In this document: positions 29,581 through 64,000 of the stretch, one piece after another | Layout: the number at the start of each line of letters is the position of its first letter | Numbering within the stretch: position 1 is the stretch's first letter | Source of the DNA: Flaccisagitta enflata | Lineage: Eukaryota | NCBI GenBank assembly: GCA_965153355.1 | Contig: OZ231126.1 | Location: 31,062,001 to 31,126,000 of the forward strand | Reading direction: 5' to 3' | Length of the DNA stretch: 64,000 bases | Notes under the pieces: model-generated | The model's input: only the letters and a program-made list of their open reading frames with translations | Told to the model about the DNA's origin: nothing | Databases searched by the model: none | Made by a program: the position numbers and the translations under genes

Positions 29581-30301
29581 CAGTAGATGTCGTCTAGACT
29601 TGGAAATACGGGAGAATTCATATCAGGAAGACAAATTAAGTTAAGAGACTGATATAAGAAATATAGATTAACAAAAGCATGCTTTATTGCCCATGGGTAT
29701 TGGTTGCCATGGAAACATATTTCCACGTATTCACGCAAAAGTATCAATATTTTGAGACATTTTTTGAGGGATCATTGTTTAAAATAAAATTTGCTACAAC
29801 TTTCCCACATTATGTTCTGTAAGAATATCGCTCGTTTAGCGGTTGCTAGGGAGCGTAACTATGTGTAACAACCCTATGATGCTCCTTAGCAACCGCTAAA
29901 TGAGCAATATTCTTTTGCCACTTTACCTTCACTTTCTCTCTCTTTATTTGCCTCATTTCTCATTTCTCTCCCCTGAAGAAGGCTGATGTTTTTCAGTTGA
30001 AATATTGAGAATAAATGATATTTCAACGTTTGTTTATGATCCGTCCAATACAATCATAATATTCTTACAGAACATATTGTGGGAAAGTTGTTGCAAATTT
30101 TATTTCAAACAATGTTCCCTCAAAAAAATTCTCAAAATATTGATACTTTAGCGTGAATACATGAAAATGTGTTTCCATGCCAACTAACACCTATGGGCAA
30201 TAAAGCATCCTTTTATCAGATTATATTCTAAATATCAGTCTCCTAAATATATTTGTCTTTCTGTAATGAATTCCCCCGTATTTCCAAGTCGACATCTACT
30301 G
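29581..30301. mobile_element. Tc1/mariner-type MITE family CAGTAGAT..TCTAGACTTG, copy 1
   Basis: TA-CAGTAGATGTCGTCTAGACTTGGAAATACGGG ... CCCGTATTTCCAAGTCGACATCTACTG-TA; long internal palindrome. Confidence 0.85.
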
Positions 30302-30376
30302 TATGTTAGTTGTTGAAAAACTTCTTACTGGGAGCGTGGTTTTAAAAATTTTCTCCCAATTGGATTTGTTATAATC

Positions 30377-30685
30377 TACAGAAGGAACCATTATTAGAGG
30401 TGTGGAGGGACCAAATTATAGCAACCCCCCCCCCCCCCCGTGGCGGTTTATGGGTAAAGATAAATATTTTTATCCAAGTTTTTTTTTATATTCTTAGAAA
30501 CCCTTCAAGGATGGGAAAAATTAGAGGTTTAGAAAAGTTCTTTTGTAGAATTTCAAAAATCTTGATAAAAAAAAATTGTATTCATTTAAAGTATAATCCA
30601 CTACTCAAAGTAAAGTTTTTAAAGCAAGTGTGGGCGAAGGGGGGGGGGGGTGCTATAATTCTGAACCCTCCACACCTCTTCTGTA
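30377..30685. mobile_element. MITE
   Basis: AGAGGTGTGGAGGG..AATTATAGCA-C-run ... G-run-TGCTATAATT..CCCTCCACACCTCT; outer TACAGAAG/CTTCTGTA. Confidence 0.65.
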
Positions 30686-30983
30686 TGTAATAATTCTGTT
30701 AATAGCTCGGCTGTGCCGAAATTTCATTGAATGTGGATTCAATGGTCACTGGTCAGATAGAGGTTATACCATGTAGTCACACAGATTGTGCTGTGAGCAT
30801 GCATAAGGATTTTAAGGATAATCAATTGTTGACCAAAATTAGATCGTATAGCTTTTTTGGCGGATTCTGTTTTGCCTTATTAGTAGGCTGGCAGCTTCTC
30901 AGCACCAACAAACTTAACGATGCGAGGTTATCAATCATTGCACAAATGATATAAGCGTACTGAGGAAATAACACTCCTGGGGC

Positions 30984-58659
<27,676 letters not shown>

Positions 58660-58717
58660 CTGTGTGGTTAGGATTACTCACTGTTGATGATTTTAGTTTT
58701 CGTCGGCTGTATGCATT

Positions 58718-58875
58718 CAGTTGAACCCCGCTCTAACGGACCCGCCACAAACGGATGCAAATTCATGGTCCCTTTCAAAAATTTCTTATATTTTCTTTGT
58801 TGGCAATAACAGAAGTCCGCCTATAACAAAAGAAAATTGTTGGTCCCTGAAATCCGTTAGAGCGGGGTTCAATTG
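58718..58875. mobile_element. Small Tc1/pogo-type MITE
   Basis: CAGTTGAACCCCGCTCTAACGGA ... TCCGTTAGAGCGGGGTTCAATTG-TA. Confidence 0.75.
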
Positions 58876-60267
58876 TACTTGTTGCATGCTTGTATACGAA
58901 TAAACAAGATACACGCATAAGCTTGAGTACAAAATGCCTTGATGCAGCGTGCATGTACTTTGTACCAATATTCTTTTTTTTTTTTTTTTTTGATTATCGC
59001 TTCCCCTCTGCATGCGTTCAGTATTACTTTTTTCATTCTTTCTTTCTTTGCATCTCGCTTTTTTCCCGCTTGGTTTCTGGAGCAGAATCAAAACATCGTT
59101 TTATCCCTTTAGGACGACTTTTGTTCGTACACATCTCGAGCACTTTTTTCCTACTTAAGTATTCGCAAATTCGCAAATTTCAGTCGTCTTATCGCTGATC
59201 ATGATTAGGAAAATTAAACATCAACGCTCATTGCCACAATCAAGGCAAAATCACTGCAAACTTAGATTTATTTTCATCAATTCGTTTTTTTCTCTTTTTC
59301 ATTCTTTTTGTGTCATGTAAATTTCAAGAAAGAACAATAAACTGATTGAACGGTGTGAAAAGCAATTCATACAAAAGGTCAATTTACTGATTTGTTTTAA
59401 GTCTGAGCGTGGTCGGTGTAAAAGACGGGTAAAATGAACGACTTTAGATTATGAGCCCCAACATCATCAATTTTAGTTGATTATATATAAGAAAGAACAT
59501 ATTTTTGAACAATTATATAGGAAAGAACATATTTTTGAACAATTCAGTCACACTTCTTCGGAATTTTCCAAAGGAACAATGTCCGCGTCGTCATCATCGT
59601 CATTTCCGATTCCTTCAGCCTCGCAGGTCTCTCCAAACGCAGAAGACAGTGTGATCTCGTTTTCAACTGTAATGTTAATTCATTGCATGAGTACAGTAGA
59701 TGTCGTCTAGACTTGGAAATACGGGGGCCCTCATACCCTAAATACCATTTGTGCAAAAGAAATGAAACTGTGTTTGTATAATGCTTATGTCCTATAGGGT
59801 TGACGATAGGGTATGGCAGCTCTGTTGATAGAAAATTCTCTTGAATACACTAAATCAAATTTGCCACATCTAAACAGGTGCTGGAATTAGTCTTGTGGTT
59901 AACTCACTTGACTTCAGATTCATTGCAGCTGGTTTATTTAAAGGTTCCAGGTTCATATCCCGCGCTGGTTTTGCAAATCAAGCAAATAGATGAAGCTTGT
60001 GGGCTCTCAATAGAGTCCATCCTTTTATCTTCAATCATCAATCTCATTTGCATATTGCAGTCTCCTCTCTTATGATTAATACCGTTGTCCTCACATGCTT
60101 GATTATTGTTATTCTACTTTTCCCCGACTCTTATATGTCCTACATTAGGTCAATCATGTTACATTGTCACAATTCCTCTCCTATATGATCTTATTCCCAT
60201 GTGATGTAGCTACCTCTATTGCATATCATGTATTTCACCCTGACTGCTGTTATATCCTTGAAACTAA

Positions 60268-60454
60268 TGTAGATTCAACTGGTGAGGGAAGGGCGTGGGA
60301 AACCCCCTTCAATATAGGCTGCTCAGACTATACACACGCCTCTATCTATTAACTTGCGAGTTCATAGATGAAAGACTCAAGTATTCAGTTACGATCCGAG
60401 TCCCGGCTTATAGTCACGGAAGAGTCAGCTAGCCAGCTAGTAGCGTTATCTACA
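60268..60454 (+). repeat. Putative 5' LTR (187 bp)
   Basis: Starts TGTAGAT and ends ATCTACA (7-bp inverted termini), 1 nt before a TGG PBS. The 3' LTR is outside the window, so the left boundary is inferred. Confidence 0.7.
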
Positions 60455-60455
60455 C

Positions 60456-60468
60456 TGGTGAGCCCGAC
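60456..60468 (+). promoter_or_regulatory. Primer binding site, tRNA-Trp-like
   Basis: TGGTGAGCCCGAC, one mismatch from TGGTGACCCCGAC (complement of animal tRNA-Trp 3' end); tRNA-Trp priming is typical of the CsRN1 clade. Confidence 0.7.
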
Positions 60469-60789
60469 TGAACTATATTCCAACCTCAGTCCAGCCCCTA
60501 ATGAGGCGCGCCGATTGCGCTGCGCCGAAGGCTAAGCTGACTAATCTGGTTGAGTCAAAAGTCAGTCCTCGACGAGAGGCCGGTAAACCGGATATCTGTT
60601 CCAACCTGTCTGAGAGGTGGATCAGAAGAGAAGCTGGTGAACCAGAAATCTGTAACAACTTGTCTGAGAAGTTGTTCAGAAGAGAAGCCGGTAAACCGGA
60701 ACCATTCTTTGCCAGCGCCACGCACTCACCGAGTGAACTTCGTGGCACTTGCCTCAGTCATACAGGCGATCCCGCATTGATCTCGCCCA

Positions 60790-61854
60790 ATGAGCAACCA
60801 AAAAACAACTACACGTTCACAGTCACAAACTGATCCAAATCTACTTGCCGCTCCGCTATCATCATTCCGCAGGCACCGTTCTCCAACTCGAGATCAAAGA
60901 CTTGCATCACCAAATCATTGTGAAGAAGAAGAAGGACTTATCTTCACATTCCCAGAAGCCGAAAACATGGGTGACCCAAACAACTCTGTTCAAGCTTTGA
61001 CAGAGGCGCTACAAGGCGTCAGAGTCTCCAGCCGAAAACCAGAACTCCCGGCCTTTGACCCTAAAAACGTCGACATCTGGTTGAAGCGCGTTGACAACGC
61101 TTACCGACGAGCAGGCGTCACTGAGCCAAAGGACAAATTTGCTTTTATTGAAACAAAATTTTCGGTGGACGCCGACCCCAAAATTAACGAGTTCCTCTAC
61201 GGCGAGGGGACCGCTGACGAATGGACAGCTTTTGAGGCCTACCTCCGCGGCAGATACGGCCGCACAAAAGCTCAACAAGCAGCAGTCATTCTGGACGGTT
61301 TCCAAAGAGATGGGAAATTACCATCGGAGATGTTTGCGGCCATCAAGGAAAAGATTGGCTCAATTACGGTGGATGACATCGTGAAAGAAATGGTCCTGAG
61401 AGAACTACCAACAGACGTCAGACGGACCATCCATGACAAAGTCAAAGACGCAGATGGCGTGGAAACTGTTAAACTGGCTGACCAGTACTTTGACAGAAAC
61501 GGAAAACCTATCCACCAAGCCCCAAGCTGGCAAGTCAGCGCCATCAATGACGTCCCTGATCTCATCGATACTGACGGCGAAGACGAGGTCAACGCCATCA
61601 ACCACCGTTTCCCAAAGGGCAACCGATGGACCCGTCCTCGACAAGGTCAAAAGCCTATGAAGACCATAAAAACTGAAGCACCCAAATCGGCACCAAAGGT
61701 TGTAAAAGCAAATCCAAACTACCCAGTCAAGAAAAGCGTTAATCTTTGCCAAGCCCACTTCAGGTTTGGTGACAAGGCCCGCTACTGCGAAGTCAGCTGC
61801 TCCCGATTTGATGAACAACGCTTCCCGGGAAACGGGCAGGCGGGCCAGAAATAA
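60790..61854 (+). CDS. gag: Gag of Gypsy element
   Basis: 354-aa intact ORF; PELPAFDPKNVDIWLKRVD..AGVTEPKDKF capsid-like block and CQAHFRFGDKARYCEVSC (Cx2Hx9Cx3C) knuckle. True start could be ATG 60967. Confidence 0.88.
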   Translation: MSNQKTTTRSQSQTDPNLLAAPLSSFRRHRSPTRDQRLASPNHCEEEEGLIFTFPEAENMGDPNNSVQALTEALQGVRVSSRKPELPAFDPKNVDIWLKRVDNAYRRAGVTEPKDKFAFIETKFSVDADPKINEFLYGEGTADEWTAFEAYLRGRYGRTKAQQAAVILDGFQRDGKLPSEMFAAIKEKIGSITVDDIVKEMVLRELPTDVRRTIHDKVKDADGVETVKLADQYFDRNGKPIHQAPSWQVSAINDVPDLIDTDGEDEVNAINHRFPKGNRWTRPRQGQKPMKTIKTEAPKSAPKVVKANPNYPVKKSVNLCQAHFRFGDKARYCEVSCSRFDEQRFPGNGQAGQK

Positions 61855-64000
61855 ATGCCGCACTGCCCCGCGAATCACAAGACGGCTCAAAGCTTCTTTA
61901 CGCCATTGACGCAATTGACAATACTCGTTGGCTTATCGATGGCGGCGCAGCATGGTCAATAATCCCGCCAACACCACAGCAACGCGCTGCGGGCCCCAAT
62001 GCTTGGCGACTACAAGCAGCCAACGGTTCAGAAATCTTGTGTTATGGGCTTACAGACCGAGATGTCTGTATTGGTGATCGTAGATTTTCATTTTCCTTCA
62101 TTGTTGCTGATGTCCGCCAACCAATCCTAGGAGCGGATTTTCTCTCTCATTTCTACCTCGCTCCCAATCACCGCGATAAATGCCTCATCGATCTCTCTGA
62201 TTGCTCAATAATACCTGTGCGTATTAACAATGATACGCAGGCAAACAATTTTAGCAAAATCAACCACGTCAGCCAGGGGCAAGACCCTTTCCTAAAACTC
62301 CTTGAGAGTTACCCGGAACTATCAACGCCATCCTTCAAGCCAAAGGAAGTGGCACATGGTGTCCAACACCACATACCAACAAACTGCCGCCCAATCCAGT
62401 CAAAGGTGAGGCCTCTCAATCCAGAGAAGCTCGCAATCGCCAAACAAGAGTTTGAAAAACTGGTCGAATTGGGCATCTGCTACAGAGGCAAAAGCGAATG
62501 GGCATCCCCACTCATGGTCGCCCCAAAACCTGGTGGAGGTTGGCGAGTTTGCGGCGACTATCGCCGCCTGAACACCGCCACCATAGATGACAAATATCCA
62601 GTTAAGTCCCTTGCGGACTTCAATGCCAACCTTTGCGGCAAAAAGATATTTTCGAAAATCGATCTTTTGAAGGGCTACCATCAAATCCCGTAGCCCCTGG
62701 GGATATTGGAAAAACTGCAGTTATAACCCCATTTGGGTTGTACATCTTCCCTCGCTGCCCGTTTGGCTTAAAAAACGCAGGACAAGACTTCCAAAGGCTA
62801 ATGGATGAGGTCCTGGGTGACCTTCCATTTTGCTACGTGTATTTGGACGATATCCTCGTCTTTTCAAACACACCAGAAGAGCACCTGGAACACTTAAGGC
62901 AGATTTTTGATCTTCTGTCTGCAAACGGGCTGGTCGTCAACCGGCCAAAGTGCATCCTTGGTGTGACAGAGCTAGACTTTCTTGGCTTCCGCGTCAATCA
63001 GGAGGGCGTCACTCCGCTGCCAGAAAAAGTCGAGGCGATAAGGGCCACTAAGGCACCAACCACTGTAAAGGAACTGCAACGTTTCAACGGAATGGTTGGC
63101 TACTACCGCAAACATGTTCGCCACGCAGCCCATCATATGGACTTCTTGTTTGAAGCCCTGAAAGGGAAGCCCAAAAAGCTGAATTGGACACCTGAGTGTG
63201 AGAGCTCCTTCAAAGCAATCAAGGAAGCACTGGCCAATGCAGCAATGCTGCGCCATCCTCGTCCAAACGCTGCCTTAGCCTTGACGACAGATGCATCAAA
63301 CATCGCCATGGGTGCTGTTCTAGAGCAAAGAGGCCCAAACGGTTGGGAACCTCTAGGATTCTTTAGCGCTAGACTAAAGAACAACGAAAGAAGGTGGCCA
63401 CCTTTTGACCGGGAACTCCTTGCAGCTTTTCGATCAATCCGTCACTTCCGCCATATGGTGGAGGGTCGACGATTTACGCTGTACACCGATCATCAGTCAC
63501 TTGTTCCTGCTCTGTCAAAGAAGACTGAGCCACACACCGCACGTCAAACGTACCAGTTGTCTGGTATCGCGGAATACACAACTGACATAAGATACATCGA
63601 AGGCAAAGCCAATGTTGTGGCAGACGCGTTGTCCCGCCCAAATGAAACAGAGGAACATGTGTTCTTGATTGCAATGGTTGACGCAGGCATCACGACCCAG
63701 CTTGGTCCAGGCCGCAAGGTTCACTTGACCAAAACAATCACAACGCCATCGTCAAGCATCAAGAAACCTATTCCAAATGAAAAACTGGAGGATCTAAACC
63801 AATCAATCAACTCCATAGTCTCTCTGGGCATTGACTTTGAAGAGATGGCACGTGATCAGCCTCTTGACCCGGATTTCACACGCGTTTCACGCGATCCAAA
63901 TTCAGGAATATCATTCCGAAAAGTTCCAATGGGTCCATACCACCTGCACGTAGATGTCTCCAATGGCCCCGCTCGTCCATTTGTTCCATTCACCTGGAGA
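61827..64000 (+). CDS. pol: Pol (PR-RT-RNaseH, partial) in the -1 frame; 1-bp frameshift at ~62688
   Basis: WLIDGGA protease, PILGADFL, WASPL, WRVCGDYRRLN, IDLLKGYHQIP; after the frameshift KTAVITPFGLY, YLDDIL, TTDAS, DRELLA, YTDHQSL, NVVADALSR, open to window end. Confidence 0.9.

Larger units (their letters stand above)
60268..64000 (+). mobile_element. Ty3/Gypsy LTR retrotransposon, CsRN1-like clade, cut by window end, antisense within a presumed PFAS intron
   Basis: Putative LTR TGTAGAT..ATCTACA, PBS, gag with CHCC knuckle, then protease, RT (YLDD at 62840-62851) and RNase H in Gypsy order. Confidence 0.93.

Noticed and set aside
61009..63724. Antisense ORFs over gag/pol
   Set aside because: Shadow ORFs of coding sequence with no recognisable motifs.

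Overview
Repeat-rich animal (invertebrate-like) nuclear DNA with GT-AG introns; the species cannot be named from sequence alone. Three spliced host genes were reconstructed by hand: the last two exons of AUP1 (+, 4010-5483), a complete 14-exon LRR-LRRCT-Ig-TM receptor resembling the IGLR-2 family (+, 10530-26144, ~953 aa), and the 3' 18 exons of PFAS/FGAR amidotransferase (-, 30984-58659; 5' exons lie beyond the window). Mobile DNA includes a 5'-truncated LINE (-, ~70-1700), a CsRN1-type Ty3/Gypsy element running off the right edge (from 60268), many TA-flanked and foldback MITEs, a hAT-type MITE, and Helentron/DINE-1-like (HINE) elements with variable central tandem arrays, often nested. Most long ORFs in the track are microsatellite artefacts. 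Best leads: 11-mer amphipathic repeats in the receptor tail, covarying RNA hairpins in the Gypsy leader and LINE 3' UTR, a hammerhead-like insert, duplicated splice sites in two genes, and one HINE family carrying unrelated satellites. No wholly new biological system is proven. Family assignments come from recalled motifs, not database searches.
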